Shown in pieces: positions 42,753 to 54,909 of a stretch of DNA of 64,000 bases. Position 1 is the stretch's first letter, and the number at the start of each line of letters is the position of its first letter. Both the position numbers and the translations under genes were made by a program. Source of the DNA: an uncultured delta proteobacterium (GTDB lineage Bacteria > Myxococcota_A > UBA9160 > SZUA-336); the NCBI GenBank assembly GCA_963704165.1, contig CAVPHD010000003.1, positions 64,001 through 128,000 of the forward strand, in the 5' to 3' direction. Below the pieces are notes generated by a model. That model worked only from the letters and a program-made list of their open reading frames with translations, was not told where the DNA came from and ran no database searches.

Positions 42753-44396
42753 TCAGCCGCGGCGGGCGGCCCCGGCGAATCGGCGCGCGAGCCGGCTCAC
42801 GAGATCGAACTCCGGCGCACGGAAGAGCCAGAGACCGCCGAGGTAGGCGAATCCGCCGATCCCGATCAGTCCGGCCAGGCGCACGACGCCGGCGAGCGAC
42901 GCCTGTTCCGGAGCCGGCGAGAGCCAGAGACCGATCTCCACGCCTCCGGCCAGAACACCGGTCGCGCCGAGCAGGCGCAGATGGCCGAGCCAATCGCGCG
43001 CGGGAAGAGTCGCGCCGTAGCGGACGTGCGCGGCGACCATGACGTAGAAGGCATTCGCCGCGGCCGCGAGCGTCGTCGCGAGCGCCAGGCCGAGAAAGCC
43101 GAAGTCGGCCACCACACAGGCGCGCTGTGCATCGACGACCGAGTCCCAGAGCGTCCCGTAGGGCAGCGGTCCGATCAGGACCAGCGCACCGACGACGTTG
43201 ACGATCAGGCTGACCACGGCCGCGTGCGCGCCGGTCCGCGTGTTCTCGTGCGCGACGCAGAGGTTCACGTAGATGCGCGCGAGCGCGATCGGCACGAGCC
43301 CGATCGCGTAGTAGAGCACCGCGAGCGCGCACAGACGCACCGCCTCGGACCCGAAGTGGTCCGGATTCCAGCCGAAGAGCAGCGCGACGATCGGCTCGCG
43401 CAGCAGGATCAGCCCGGCACTGCAAGGCAACGCGAGCGCGATCGCGAGTCCGAGCGTCTCCGAGAACGAGCGCTGCAATCCCGCCCGGTCGCCGGCCCCG
43501 ACGAGGCGCGAGAGCGACGGCAGGCTCGCCATCGAGAGCGCGAACACGAAGACGCCGAGCGGAAGCTCGAGCAGGCGCGTCGCGTAGTACAGGTACGAGA
43601 CCGGGCCGTCGCCGAAGAAGCTCGCGATCGCGCGCGTGCTGATCGTGTTGAGCTGGTACGCGGAAGCGCCGAGCAGCGCCGGCAGCAGAATCCAGCCCAG
43701 CCGTCGGATCGACGGATCCCGCGGCGCGAACAGGAGCTTCGGCGCAAAGCCACGCTCGCGCAGCGGCCGCAGCTGCAGCCAGACCTGCAGTACACCCGCC
43801 ACGAGCACGCCCACGCCGAGCGCGAAGACCGGCGTCGGCAGGAACGCGACCCCGAGGAACACGGCCGCGATCTGGCAGAGGTTCAGCCAGACAGGCGCGA
43901 TCGCCGGCCGGAAGAAGTGCCCGAGCGCGTTCAGCGCGCCCATCGCCACGGCCACCAGCGACAGGCTCACCACGTACGGAAAGCAGATCCGCAGTAGCGT
44001 CGTGGTGAGCTCGAGCTTCTCGGGATCGGCCTGGTAGCCCGGTGCGAACGCGATCACGAGCGGATCCGCGTACACGATGCCGAGCACGCAGATCACCGAC
44101 GTCACGGCGAGTGCGAGCGTCCAGGTCGCATGGAAGAACCGCCTCGCGTCGTCGTGCGAGCGCTGCAGCGTCTGGCTGAAGACGGGCACGAACGCGACCG
44201 TCAGCGCGCCCTCGCCGACCAGCCGGCGCAGCAGGTTCGGGATCGTGAACGCGACGAAGAACGCGTCGCTGGCCGAGACCGGGAGCGCGAAGGCGATCGC
44301 GCTGTCGCGGAGCAGACCGAGGACCCGGCTGGCCATCGTCGCGCCGGCGACGACCCCGGCGGAACGCGAGAGACCGGCGCGGCCTTCCGTTGACAC
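42753..44396 (-). CDS. murJ: Lipid II flippase MurJ
   Basis: SRVLGLLRD, DAFFVAFTIPNLLRRLVGEGAL..AFVPVF, YYATRLLELPLGVF. Confidence 0.95.
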   Translation of the reverse strand: MSTEGRAGLSRSAGVVAGATMASRVLGLLRDSAIAFALPVSASDAFFVAFTIPNLLRRLVGEGALTVAFVPVFSQTLQRSHDDARRFFHATWTLALAVTSVICVLGIVYADPLVIAFAPGYQADPEKLELTTTLLRICFPYVVSLSLVAVAMGALNALGHFFRPAIAPVWLNLCQIAAVFLGVAFLPTPVFALGVGVLVAGVLQVWLQLRPLRERGFAPKLLFAPRDPSIRRLGWILLPALLGASAYQLNTISTRAIASFFGDGPVSYLYYATRLLELPLGVFVFALSMASLPSLSRLVGAGDRAGLQRSFSETLGLAIALALPCSAGLILLREPIVALLFGWNPDHFGSEAVRLCALAVLYYAIGLVPIALARIYVNLCVAHENTRTGAHAAVVSLIVNVVGALVLIGPLPYGTLWDSVVDAQRACVVADFGFLGLALATTLAAAANAFYVMVAAHVRYGATLPARDWLGHLRLLGATGVLAGGVEIGLWLSPAPEQASLAGVVRLAGLIGIGGFAYLGGLWLFRAPEFDLVSRLARRFAGAARRG

Positions 44397-44418
44397 CGCC
44401 GCCGCATCGGGGTACTTA
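44390..44418 (+). promoter_or_regulatory. Putative sigma70 promoter of rpsT
   Basis: TTGACA-N17-TACTTA, overlapping the probable murJ start codon. Confidence 0.55.
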
Positions 44419-44439
44419 CCGGCTCGCTCGGAGGTCTCC

Positions 44440-44694
44440 ATGGCTACCCATCGCTCGGCCAAGAAACGCCACGTCCAGTCCCTGAAGAAGCGGGCTCGGA
44501 ACAACCAGATCCGCAAGACCGTGCGCGGCGCCGTGCGCAAGCTGCGCGACTCGGCGGACGCGGCGGCCGACGTGAAGCAGGAGCTCCTGAAGAACGCCGA
44601 GCAGATGCTTCGCAAGGCCTCGAGCAAGGGGGTCGTGCACAAGCGGACCGTCTCGCGCACCGTCTCGCGCCTCGCGAAGCTCGCCCAGCGGTAG
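44440..44694 (+). CDS. rpsT: 30S ribosomal protein S20
   Basis: MATHRSAKKR...RN...KGVVHKRTVSRTVSRL; SD GGAGG. Confidence 0.96.
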   Translation: MATHRSAKKRHVQSLKKRARNNQIRKTVRGAVRKLRDSADAAADVKQELLKNAEQMLRKASSKGVVHKRTVSRTVSRLAKLAQR

Positions 44695-44700
44695 GCCCCT

Positions 44701-45708
44701 TCACGCGCAGACGGCCAGAACCAGCCGCTCGATCGCGAGCCGCGGAGCGATCGGCAGGCCACCCTTCAGCGCCGCATCCGTGCTTCGAACCGCGGCCAGA
44801 CAGTGGTACAGGCGCCGCGGCTCGAAGCGCCGGGCCTGTTCGACGAGCTTCTGCGCTGCGAACGGGTGCACACCCAGGCGCTTCTGCACCTCGCCGGGCT
44901 GGAACGGCCGGATCTCGTGGGCTCGAAGCAGGCGACGGAAGTGATTGGCCAGGGCACCGACGAGCACCAGCGGTGCCTCTCCCTGATCGCCGAGCTCCGC
45001 CGCCAGGCGCAACGCGCGCGTCAGACGGCGCTCTCCGATCGCGTCGGTCAGCTCGTAGAGCGCGCGCGGGCGCACCTGCCCGACCAGTTCGCTGACGGTA
45101 TCCGCATCGATCACGCCGCTCTCGCCGGCGTACATGCAGAGTTTCTCGATCTCGAGCGAGAGGCGGTCGAGATCCGGACCCACCAGGTCGAAGAGCGCCG
45201 CCGCAACGCCATTTCTGCTGCGCGCGTTTCGCTGTGCGAGCCGGGCGTCGATCCAGCGCCGGACGTCGGCGGGCCGGTCGGGGCCGGTGCAGTCGATCAC
45301 GCGGCCGATCTTGCCGACCCGCTTCACCCAGCGCTGGCGCTTGTCGACGCTGGCGGCCTCGAGCACGAGACAGGTGCTCTCGAGCGGCGCCTCGAGATAC
45401 TCGAGCAGCGGACCGTCCGTGAACTTCAGAGCCCGCTTGTCGGCGATCCCGCGGACGAGCACGAGCCGCATGCGCGCCATCATCGGAAGCGTCCGCGCGG
45501 CGCCGACGATCGCGGCCGGCTCCGTGCCCGCGGAGGTGAAATCGAAGCGATCCTCGTTGAAGTCGCGCGGTGCGTCGGCGAGCACCTGGTTGCGGAGCTC
45601 CGCGAGCGCGGCATCGCGCAGGCTCGCCTCCGGTCCCGCGATCAGAACGACCGGCCCCGGCGGCGGCGGGCCGGCGTCCTTCGGCTCAGAACTTCTGGAA
45701 GAGCTCAT
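44701..45708 (-). CDS. holA: DNA polymerase III subunit delta
   Basis: FNEDRF, TLPMM..RLVLV, EIEKL..Y, C-terminal D..LKGG; adjacent to rpsT. Confidence 0.9.
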   Translation of the reverse strand: MSSSRSSEPKDAGPPPPGPVVLIAGPEASLRDAALAELRNQVLADAPRDFNEDRFDFTSAGTEPAAIVGAARTLPMMARMRLVLVRGIADKRALKFTDGPLLEYLEAPLESTCLVLEAASVDKRQRWVKRVGKIGRVIDCTGPDRPADVRRWIDARLAQRNARSRNGVAAALFDLVGPDLDRLSLEIEKLCMYAGESGVIDADTVSELVGQVRPRALYELTDAIGERRLTRALRLAAELGDQGEAPLVLVGALANHFRRLLRAHEIRPFQPGEVQKRLGVHPFAAQKLVEQARRFEPRRLYHCLAAVRSTDAALKGGLPIAPRLAIERLVLAVCA

Positions 45709-46234
45709 CGTGCACGCGCTCGGCGATGGAGCTTGCGACCCGGCGCAGCGCCTGCTCCTTGTTGCTGGCGGAGACCTGGGAATCCGCGCTCGACAGGTAG
45801 ACCTCCGTCACCCGGAAGCCCGGATGGCGATAGACGACTTTGTCCGGTTCGCGCCGGCGAACGCTCACGTCGAAGGTGACCTCGATGCGCTGCTCGAGCG
45901 CGAGGCCGCCGGCCGAGTACGAGTGGGATCGGACGTCCGCGCTGATCAGACGCCCGAACATGATCAGGTCGGGGCTCGAGATCTGTCCCTGAACCACCGG
46001 GTCGAGCCAGGCTCGCCGCGCGAACTCCTCGACCATCGCGTCGGCCAGCTGCTGCTCGAGGCCGGGCTCGCGCGACTGGTTCTCGAACGCGTCGATCTCG
46101 ATCGTCCGCACGTCCGGTCCGAAGGTCGAGCGGCCGTCGAGCGGCCGATATCCGCAGCCGACGGCGCCGAGCAGGAACGCCACGCACAGAGCGATCGCGC
46201 CACTCCCCCCGCTCCGCTTCGACCGCTCGCGCAT
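45686..46234 (-). CDS. lptE: LPS assembly lipoprotein LptE-like
   Basis: Lipobox GAVG-CGY, FENQSREPGLE; upstream of holA. Confidence 0.82.
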   Translation of the reverse strand: MRERSKRSGGSGAIALCVAFLLGAVGCGYRPLDGRSTFGPDVRTIEIDAFENQSREPGLEQQLADAMVEEFARRAWLDPVVQGQISSPDLIMFGRLISADVRSHSYSAGGLALEQRIEVTFDVSVRRREPDKVVYRHPGFRVTEVYLSSADSQVSASNKEQALRRVASSIAERVHDELFQKF

Positions 46235-46281
46235 CGCGACGGATTCTAGCGGGAGTCGCGCGCGTCCCGCCCCTCCGCGGC

Positions 46282-47262
46282 TCAGGTTTTGCGTTGGGCG
46301 GCGCGCCTTTCGAGCTCCTCGCGGAGGAAGTCGCGATTCTGGCGCAGGATCGGCGAGACACGTGAGTTGAAGTGCTGACGCGCCTCTTCGAGCTCGCTCG
46401 CGAGGGCCTTCGCGGCATTTCCCGCCGCAGCGGCCGCGGCGAACTTCTGCTCGTTGTAGAGAATCACGTCCGAGACGGCGATGCGGGCGAGTCGCTCCGC
46501 GGCCGCGATGTCCGGGTCGCTCGAGGGCGTGGGTCGTGTCGGCCTCGCGGGCGGTGCCGCCGGCGTGGGCTGCGCGGCGGGCGCGGCGGGCGCGGCCGGC
46601 TGCGTCACTGCGGGTGCAGCGGGCTCCGGCTGTGCCGGCGCCGGTGTCGGTCGGGCGCCGATGCCCAGCCGCTCCAGAAGATCGCCGAGACCCGCGGGCA
46701 GATCCGCGGGCTCGAGCATCGCGTCGGCCTCGTAGCCGGGCGCGGGCGGCTCGGTCGCCACTGCGACCTGGACGACCTTCACGGCATTCAGCGAGCCGGC
46801 GCGCCGTACGATCTCGGACAGCTTCTCGCCCGAGAGCGAAGGCAGTCCGGCGCCGATGACCGCGAGCTGCGGTGGATTGCGGAAGATCTGCATCAGCGCG
46901 TCCGCGCCATCCTCGACGATCTCGGTCGAGATCCGCCAGGTCGCAAGCAGATCGGAAATGCCCTTCGAGACCTCCGCGTCCACCTCCGCGATCAACGCGT
47001 GCGCGAGCGGCGGCAGTGGCTTCGCGGGTGGAGCCGGCGGAGCCACGACGGCGGGCTTCGCCACCGACTCGGCGACCGGAGAGGGCCGCGATTCGGCCGG
47101 CGTCAGAGCTCCGGCGTTCTCGGGCGCCTGCACGCGGAAGACGGTCTGGCACTGGCTGCAGCGGATGCGCGCGCCCTGTGGGCCGAGCTTCTCGCGTGCG
47201 AGGCGAAAACGTGTCTGACACTGGGGGCAGGCTGCGATCAAGCGCGACTCCTCGGTGCGCAA
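46282..47262 (-). CDS. MJ0042-type zinc-ribbon + pseudo-receiver + Pro/Ala linker + helical C-terminal domain protein
   Basis: CPQCQTRF...IRCSQCQTVF; receiver-like fold with G at the phospho-Asp position (LAVIG). Confidence 0.8.
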   Translation of the reverse strand: MRTEESRLIAACPQCQTRFRLAREKLGPQGARIRCSQCQTVFRVQAPENAGALTPAESRPSPVAESVAKPAVVAPPAPPAKPLPPLAHALIAEVDAEVSKGISDLLATWRISTEIVEDGADALMQIFRNPPQLAVIGAGLPSLSGEKLSEIVRRAGSLNAVKVVQVAVATEPPAPGYEADAMLEPADLPAGLGDLLERLGIGARPTPAPAQPEPAAPAVTQPAAPAAPAAQPTPAAPPARPTRPTPSSDPDIAAAERLARIAVSDVILYNEQKFAAAAAAGNAAKALASELEEARQHFNSRVSPILRQNRDFLREELERRAAQRKT

Positions 47263-47309
47263 CTCCCAAACGAATACGCCGGACCTATCGGACGCGGCAC
47301 CGAGGCCCT

Positions 47310-48206
47310 TTACGCGCCGGTCGTCAGTGCGCGCTCGACGTCGGAGAGAAATGCCTGGTGATCGCGATCGGTCGCGTTGCGAGCATCCGGCCGGCGCACG
47401 ACCGCGATCCCCGACGCCTCGACGCGCTCGCCCGCCTGCGCGACGACGATCACGCGAACGCGGGGGGCAATGCCGAGGATGCGACCCGCGAAGCGCCGCC
47501 AGCCGAGCTCTCGGTGGGCCTCGAACGGATCCTCGATCATGCTGCCGAGGATCAGCGCGGGAGTCTCGCCGCCCGCGAGGTACTGCTTGAAGCGCGCCAA
47601 GGCCTCACCCGCATTCTGGAAGATGTGGACGCGCATGGCGTCACCCTGCAGGCCCCGTTTCAGCCGCTCGAGCACGGACAGCTCCGAATCCACGCAGATC
47701 AACGCGGTCGGAAGCGGCTGCGGCACGGGAACGGCGGTGGCCTCCGTCGCGCGCTCGTCGTCGCGAGCATCCGCCGCGGCGCTCGCGTTCTCGTCTTCGA
47801 GCCGAGCGCCCTCGAGCGCGAGGAAGTCCGACGAGAGCGGACTGGGCAGGACGATTCCAACCGGACCGCGCCAGGAGACCGTCGGATCGTCGAGCGGCTC
47901 GAAGGTGAAGTCGCCGTCGGTCCACTCGAAGATGCGCAGGATCGCCTGAACCGCGGCCTCCCAAAGCGTGGCTTCGACGACGTCGGCCGGCGAGTCGGCC
48001 GACAGCCCCGCGCGCTTCAGGACCGGCTCGCGTTCGAGGTCGCCCGAGCCGAGCGCGACCCGCACGATGCTGCCCCCGCGCACTCCGAGCCAGGCGACGC
48101 CGCCGTTCTCCGAGCAAATCTCGAGCGCCCCTGTCTTGCGAGACATGGCGACGACCTGCAACAGCTCGGGCAGGCTGAGATCGGACAGATTTCCGGCGAG
48201 GCTCAT
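47310..48206 (-). CDS. DUF4388 domain protein with degenerate receiver domain
   Basis: MSLAGNLSDLSLPELLQ...KTGAL; IFEWTDGDFTF. Confidence 0.85.
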   Translation of the reverse strand: MSLAGNLSDLSLPELLQVVAMSRKTGALEICSENGGVAWLGVRGGSIVRVALGSGDLEREPVLKRAGLSADSPADVVEATLWEAAVQAILRIFEWTDGDFTFEPLDDPTVSWRGPVGIVLPSPLSSDFLALEGARLEDENASAAADARDDERATEATAVPVPQPLPTALICVDSELSVLERLKRGLQGDAMRVHIFQNAGEALARFKQYLAGGETPALILGSMIEDPFEAHRELGWRRFAGRILGIAPRVRVIVVAQAGERVEASGIAVVRRPDARNATDRDHQAFLSDVERALTTGA

Positions 48207-48280
48207 TCGCGAAGTTCCATCGAAGGCACGGGTGTCCCGATGCACCCCGGAGTCTCGATCGGAACGGACGGGCGGCGACC

Positions 48281-48871
48281 TTACGCCCGTTGCGGAATTC
48301 GCAGCTCCTCACCGTCCACGTCCACCCACGAGACGTGCACCGATATGCCCCAGCTGTGCGCACCCGGCACCACCTCGGAGAGTGCCGCCACCAGCGCTCG
48401 CTCTTTGCTCGCGCCGTCCGGCAGGACGAGGTGCAGGCCGTTCTCGGACTGGTTTTCCGCCAGCCCGTGGACCAGTCCGCGAAGCAGGGCAACCGCTTCG
48501 TCGGCGAAATCGATCGAGCCAGGACACGCCAGCAGCGCCACCGGGCTGCGCATCATCAGGAGCTTCGAAGCGGCGGTGCGCATCGCACGCAGCACGGGTC
48601 GGCCTCCGCGCGCCGTCCCGGCGCCGGCGCCAACGAGCAGGATCCGCGCGGGAGAGAGCGGCCGGTCCCCGGGAAGAAGGACGGCCTCGCCGAGCTCGCC
48701 CGTGGCATAGCCGGAGCGAAGGTGGCTCGAGATCAGACCGCAGAGTCGCCAGTCGATCCGGCCCGCATCGCCACGCAACGGGCGCTCGTCCTCGGGAACC
48801 AACGCGAGGATCGTGTCCGCGGGCGCCTCGACGACCGAGCCCGGAAACAGCGAAAGCTCGAGCCGGCTCAC
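48281..48871 (-). CDS. Peptidase M17 N-terminal domain-only protein
   Basis: EDERPLRGDAGRIDWRLCGLIS...GELGEAVLLP...ILLVGAG. Confidence 0.75.
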   Translation of the reverse strand: MSRLELSLFPGSVVEAPADTILALVPEDERPLRGDAGRIDWRLCGLISSHLRSGYATGELGEAVLLPGDRPLSPARILLVGAGAGTARGGRPVLRAMRTAASKLLMMRSPVALLACPGSIDFADEAVALLRGLVHGLAENQSENGLHLVLPDGASKERALVAALSEVVPGAHSWGISVHVSWVDVDGEELRIPQRA

Positions 48872-49317
48872 TCGCCCGACTCGCGCGCGCCGCGAACCTG
48901 ACGCGCGATCACGTCGAGAACACCGTTGACGAAGGCGGGTGACTTCTCGCCGGCAAAGCGGCGCGAGATCTCGACGGCCTCGTCGATCACGACCTCCGTC
49001 GGCGTCTCGAGCTCGTGAATCAGCTCGAAGGTCGCGATCCGCAGCACCGCCCGATCGACGGCGGCCAGTCGCTCGACCTTCCAGTTCTCGCTCGCGCGCC
49101 CGATTTCGAGGTCGATGTCCTTGCGATGCCTCGCGACGCCGACCGAGAGCTCGAGGGCGCGAACGTGCGAGCGACGCGGCAGGTCGAACTGCTCGCAGAC
49201 CCCTTCGAAGGCGCTTCGTACGGCCTCGACGTCGAACTCCGGATCGATGTGATCGGCGGCGAAGAGCACCTGCAGTGCCGCCTCGCGCGCCATTCGCCGC
49301 GGACCATGCGTGCCCAC
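48868..49317 (-). CDS. nusB: Transcription antitermination factor NusB
   Basis: RRMAREAALQ, W..ERL..VDRAVLR, IDEAVE, FVNGVLD. Confidence 0.96.
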   Translation of the reverse strand: MGTHGPRRMAREAALQVLFAADHIDPEFDVEAVRSAFEGVCEQFDLPRRSHVRALELSVGVARHRKDIDLEIGRASENWKVERLAAVDRAVLRIATFELIHELETPTEVVIDEAVEISRRFAGEKSPAFVNGVLDVIARQVRGARESGE

Positions 49318-49319
49318 GC

Positions 49320-49799
49320 TCAGCTCCCCTCGTCGAGCACGCGACCCAGGTTCACCATCTCGACCACGACTTCGGCGGCCTCCGCGCCCTTGTTGCAGCC
49401 GGCTTCTCCCGGCTTCACGGCGCGCACGAGCGCCTGCTCGACCGTCTCGGTGGTGAGAACGCAGAACGCGATCGGAAGGTTCTCCGCCAGCGCGACCCGG
49501 CCCACGCCATCGGTCACACCCTGGCAGACGTAGTCGAAGTGAGGTGTGTCGCCCCTCACGACCACGCCGATCGCGACCAAGGCGTCGTACCGCCCGCTTC
49601 GCGCCGCACGCTGCGCGGCGAGCGCGATCTCGAAGGCTCCGGGGACCCACAGGACATCGACCCCGGTGCAGCCGAGCTCGCCGAGCCGCGCCACGCAACC
49701 GTCGAGGAGTCGAAGCGTGATCAGGTGGTTGAAGCGCGCGACGATCACGCCGACGCGGATTCCGCGTCCATCCAGGCGTGTCTCGAGCGTTCGCATCAT
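49320..49799 (-). CDS. ribH: 6,7-dimethyl-8-ribityllumazine synthase
   Basis: ARFN, VPGAFEI, RGDTPHFDYVC, NKG.EAA. Confidence 0.96.
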   Translation of the reverse strand: MMRTLETRLDGRGIRVGVIVARFNHLITLRLLDGCVARLGELGCTGVDVLWVPGAFEIALAAQRAARSGRYDALVAIGVVVRGDTPHFDYVCQGVTDGVGRVALAENLPIAFCVLTTETVEQALVRAVKPGEAGCNKGAEAAEVVVEMVNLGRVLDEGS

Positions 49800-49806
49800 G
49801 GTCTTC

Positions 49807-50890
49807 CTACCACTCCGCAAGGCAGTGCAGATCCGGACCCAACCGCCGAACGGTGAAGTGCTTCGGGCGTAGCGCTTCGCGCAGGCGCAGAACCCCAAGG
49901 CCCCCCAGAACCGCGCGGCCGTCGCCTCCTATGAGTAACGGAGCCAGGAGGAAATGCATACGGTCGACCAGTCCGACGCGGAGCAGCGCCGCAGCGAGGC
50001 CGCCGCCGCCCTCGACCAGGCATTCGTTGACACCGAGACGGCCGAGCTCCCGCCAGGCCGCATCGAGGTCGAGATGCGCGCCGCGCGCTTCGCACGCCGA
50101 TCACGCGCGCGCCCGCGCGTTCGAGCCGGGCCCGGCGGCGAGGAGGCACATCGCGCGCGCAGAGAATCCAGGCGCCCTCCGCGCGTTCCCGATCGAGAAC
50201 GCGCGAAGTCGGCGGCGTGCGCAGTCTCGAGTCGACGACCACTCGCAGCGGACGGTGCACGACGCGCCCGCCACGCCGTGCGGAAAGCTCCGGATCGTCG
50301 GCGAGCAGAGTCTCGGAGCCGATCACGACGGCATCGGTGCGAGCGCGCAGCCGGTGCACGAAGGCGCGCGCGGGCTCGGAGGTGATCCAGCGCGATTCCC
50401 CGCTCGACGTCGCGATCCGGCCGTCGAGGCTCGCGGCGAGCTTCAGGGTCGTGAAGGGACGGCCGCGGAGGACGCGCGAGACGAAACCCTCGTGATGGCG
50501 CGCGCACGCATCCGCCAGCACGCCCGTGCGGACGTCGATCCCCGCGCGCGCGAGCGCCCGGATGCTCGCGCCGCGCGTGCGTGGATCCGGATCGACGAGC
50601 CCGATCACGACGCGCTTCGGTCGCGAGGCGATCACGCTCTCGACGCACGGCGGTGTTCGACCGAAGTGGGCGCACGGCTCGAGCGTGACGTAGAGCGTGG
50701 CGCCCTTCGCTTCGCGACCCGCCCGCGCGAGCGCGATCGCCTCGGCGTGCGCTTCGAGCCCGCGCGTCGCGGCGCGCGCGATCACGCGGCCGTTGCGAAC
50801 CACGAGCGCGCCCACGGTGGGATTGGGCGCGGTGCGCGTGCGCGCCCGAGCTGCGACCGCGAGCGCCTCGCGCATGAAGCGCTCGTCCAC
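49807..50890 (-). CDS. ribD: Riboflavin biosynthesis deaminase/reductase, insertion near 50090
   Basis: PNPTVG, HAE, LEPCAH..RTPPC, SLDGRIA, corrected C-terminus LVEGGG...LAEW*. Confidence 0.93.
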
Positions 50891-50897
50891 GTCGGAG

Positions 50898-51359
50898 CTA
50901 ATCGCCGTCCTCGGGCGCGAGCTCGCCCATCGCTTTGCGGAAATCCTCGATGGTGCGGAAGTTCAGGTACACCGACATGAAGCGCAGCCACGCCACCGGA
51001 TCGAGCACGCGCAGCTCCGACTGCACCTCGTCGCCGATCCGCGTGCTCGGAACCTCGCGCTCGCCCGAGTCGAGCACGAAGCGCTCGATCCTCAACACGG
51101 CTTGCTCGATCGCATCGACCGAGACCGGCCGCTTCTGACACGCCTTCTGCATGCCGGTGATGATCTTCAAGCGATCGAAGAGCTCGCGGCGACCGTCGGT
51201 CTTCACGACCATCGGCAGGAGATCCTCGATGCGCTCGTAGGTCGTGAAGCGGCGCTGGCATTCCGAGCACTCGCGCCGGCGGCGCTTCACGGGCGTATCG
51301 CGTTGGTTGCGCGCGTCGATCACCTTCGTATCCGGGTGATCACAGAACGGGCAGCGCAT
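50898..51359 (-). CDS. nrdR: Transcriptional repressor NrdR
   Basis: MRCPFC, RRRRECSEC..RFTTYE, ATP cone. Confidence 0.97.
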   Translation of the reverse strand: MRCPFCDHPDTKVIDARNQRDTPVKRRRRECSECQRRFTTYERIEDLLPMVVKTDGRRELFDRLKIITGMQKACQKRPVSVDAIEQAVLRIERFVLDSGEREVPSTRIGDEVQSELRVLDPVAWLRFMSVYLNFRTIEDFRKAMGELAPEDGD

Positions 51360-51374
51360 CGGATCCCCGTCCCG

Positions 51375-52618
<1,244 letters not shown>

Positions 52619-52622
<4 letters not shown>

Positions 52623-53906
52623 GTTTCCCCCTGGGCTTCCGAGTCCCAACGCGCGATCGCGAGCGTACCGTTCGTCCCGCCAAAGCCAAACGAATTCGAG
52701 ATCGCCACACGCACCGGAGCTTCGCGCATGACGTTGGGCACGTAGTCGAGATCGCACTCGGGATCCGGGTCCGAGTAGTTGATCGTCGGCGGGATCTTGC
52801 CCTGCGCGACCGTCAGCGCGCAGAAGATCGCCTCGATGCCGCCCGCGCCACCGAGCACGTGCCCGGTCATGGACTTCGTCGAGGAGACCGCGAGCTTCGG
52901 CGCGTGCGCCCCGAAGACCTGCTTGATCGCGTAGCTCTCGATCTTGTCGTTGAGCTCCGTGCTCGTACCGTGCGCGTTCACGTAGCCGACGTCCTCGGGC
53001 CGGAGGCCCGCGTCGCGCAGCGCGGCGCGCATCGCCAGCTGCGCGCCGATCCCGTCATCGGGCGGCGCGGTCATGTGGTTCGCGTCGCCGGACATGCCGT
53101 AGCCGACGACCTCCGCGCGGATGCGAGCACCGCGCGCCAGGGCGTGCGCGAGACTCTCGAGCACGACGACGCCGGCGGCCTCCGCGATCACGAAGCCGTC
53201 CCGGCCGCGATCGAACGGGCGGCTCGCGCGCTGCGGATCGTCGTTGCGCGTCGAGAGCGCGCGCATGCTCGCGAAGCCGGCGAGGCCGAGCCGGTTCACC
53301 GGCGCCTCGACGCCCCCCGCGATCATCACGTCGGCGTCGCCGCGCTGGATGATGCGAAAGGCATCGCCGATCGCGTGCGTTCCGGTGGTGCAGGCCGTGA
53401 CCACGCAGGTGTTCGGGCCCACGCGCGCCGTAGCGCATCGAGACGATCCCCGACGCCATGTTCGCGATCGTGTAGGGCACGAAGAACGGCGAGACGCGGC
53501 GCGGGCCGCGGTTCACGAGCGCCTCGCAGTTCTCGAGCATCGTCGCAAGCCCGGCGATCCCCGAGCCGATCAGCACGCCCGTTCGTTCGCAGCGCTCGGG
53601 CGGAACCACCCACCCCGAGTCGTTCATCGCCTCGACGGCGGCTGCCGTCGAGTACTGCAGGAACGGGTCGAAGCGGCGCGCATCCTTCTTCTCGAGCACG
53701 CTCTCGGGATCGAACCCGCGGATCTGTCCGCCGAACCTGACGGCCAGGTCGTCGGTCTGGAAGCCCTCGAGTGGACCGATGCCCGAGACTCCCTTCAGCA
53801 GCCCGCTCCAGCTCGTTTCGACGTCGTTTCCGAGCGGGTTCAGCGTGCCCATCCCGGTGATCACCACGCGGTGTAGGTCGATCGTGCGCGAGGTGAGGCG
53901 CGGCAT
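52619..53906 (-). CDS. fabF: 3-oxoacyl-ACP synthase II, insertion near 53420
   Basis: [33 protein letters not shown]. Confidence 0.95.
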
Positions 53907-53910
53907 CTGC

Positions 53911-54157
53911 CTAGTCGTCTCGACCGGCCGTGCGCTCTTCCGACGTAGCTGATCACGTCGCCGATGTTCTGCATCCGCTCCGCGTCCTCGTCCGGGATCT
54001 CGAGCCCGAACTCCTCTTCGATCGCCATCACGAGCTCGACGATGTCGAGCGAGTCCGCGCCGAGATCGTCGATGAACGACGCCTCGGGCACGACCTCCTC
54101 GGTCGCGACCCCGAGCTGCTCGATGATGATCTCCCGGATCTTGTCCTCGACCGCCAT
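53911..54157 (-). CDS. acpP: Acyl carrier protein, insertion near 53940
   Basis: [20 protein letters not shown]; corrected end [11 protein letters not shown]. Confidence 0.96.
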
Positions 54158-54158
54158 A

Positions 54159-54909
54159 TCAGTCCAGCCCCCCGTTCACGTGGATTACCTGGCCCGTGAT
54201 GTATCCCGCCGCGTCACTCGCCAGGAAGTGCACGACCGCGGCGATCTCGGCGACCGAGCCGAGTCGGCCGAGTGGAATGCGCTCGAGCAGCGCCGACTTC
54301 ACCTGCTCCGACAGCTCGCTCGTCATGTCGGTCTCGACGAAGCCCGGCGCCACCGCGTTGACGGTGATCGAGCGGCTCCCGATCTCGCGCGCGAGCGAGC
54401 GCGTCAGCGCCTCGACCCCGCCCTTGCTGGCGGCGTAGTTGGTCTGGCCCGCGTTGCCCATCTCGGCGACGACCGACGAGAGATTGATGATCCGTCCGGA
54501 CCGCCGCTTCATCATCGGACGCACGACCGCGCGGCAGACGCTCCACGCGCCGCGCAGATTCGTCGCCACGACCGCGTCGAAGTCCTCGGGCTTCATGCGC
54601 AGGATCAGCTGATCGCGCGTGATGCCCGCGTTGTTGACGGCGATGTCGAGCCGGTCGTGCTCCTGCACGATCGAGGCGACCAGATTCTCGACCGCCTCGT
54701 GATCCGAGACGTCGCACGCGCGCGCGCGCGCGCGGCCGCCGGCCTCGAGCGATCGCCTTCTCGGTCTCGGCCGCGGCGGCCGGATTGCTGACGTAGGTGA
54801 ACTCGACGATCGCACCCGCACTCGCGAGCTCGATCGCGATCGCGCGCCCGATGCCGCGCGAGCCGCCCGTGACGAGCGCGACGCGATCGCGGAGCGGCAA
54901 ATCGGTCAT
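54159..54909 (-). CDS. fabG: 3-oxoacyl-ACP reductase, frameshift near 54750
   Basis: [27 protein letters not shown]. Confidence 0.95.

Noticed and set aside
46540..46650. Low-complexity GC repeats
   Set aside because: They encode a Pro/Ala linker; not a DNA repeat element.
49320..50890. Missing riboflavin synthase and ribBA between ribD and ribH
   Set aside because: nrdR-ribD-ribH-nusB is a common arrangement, as in E. coli.
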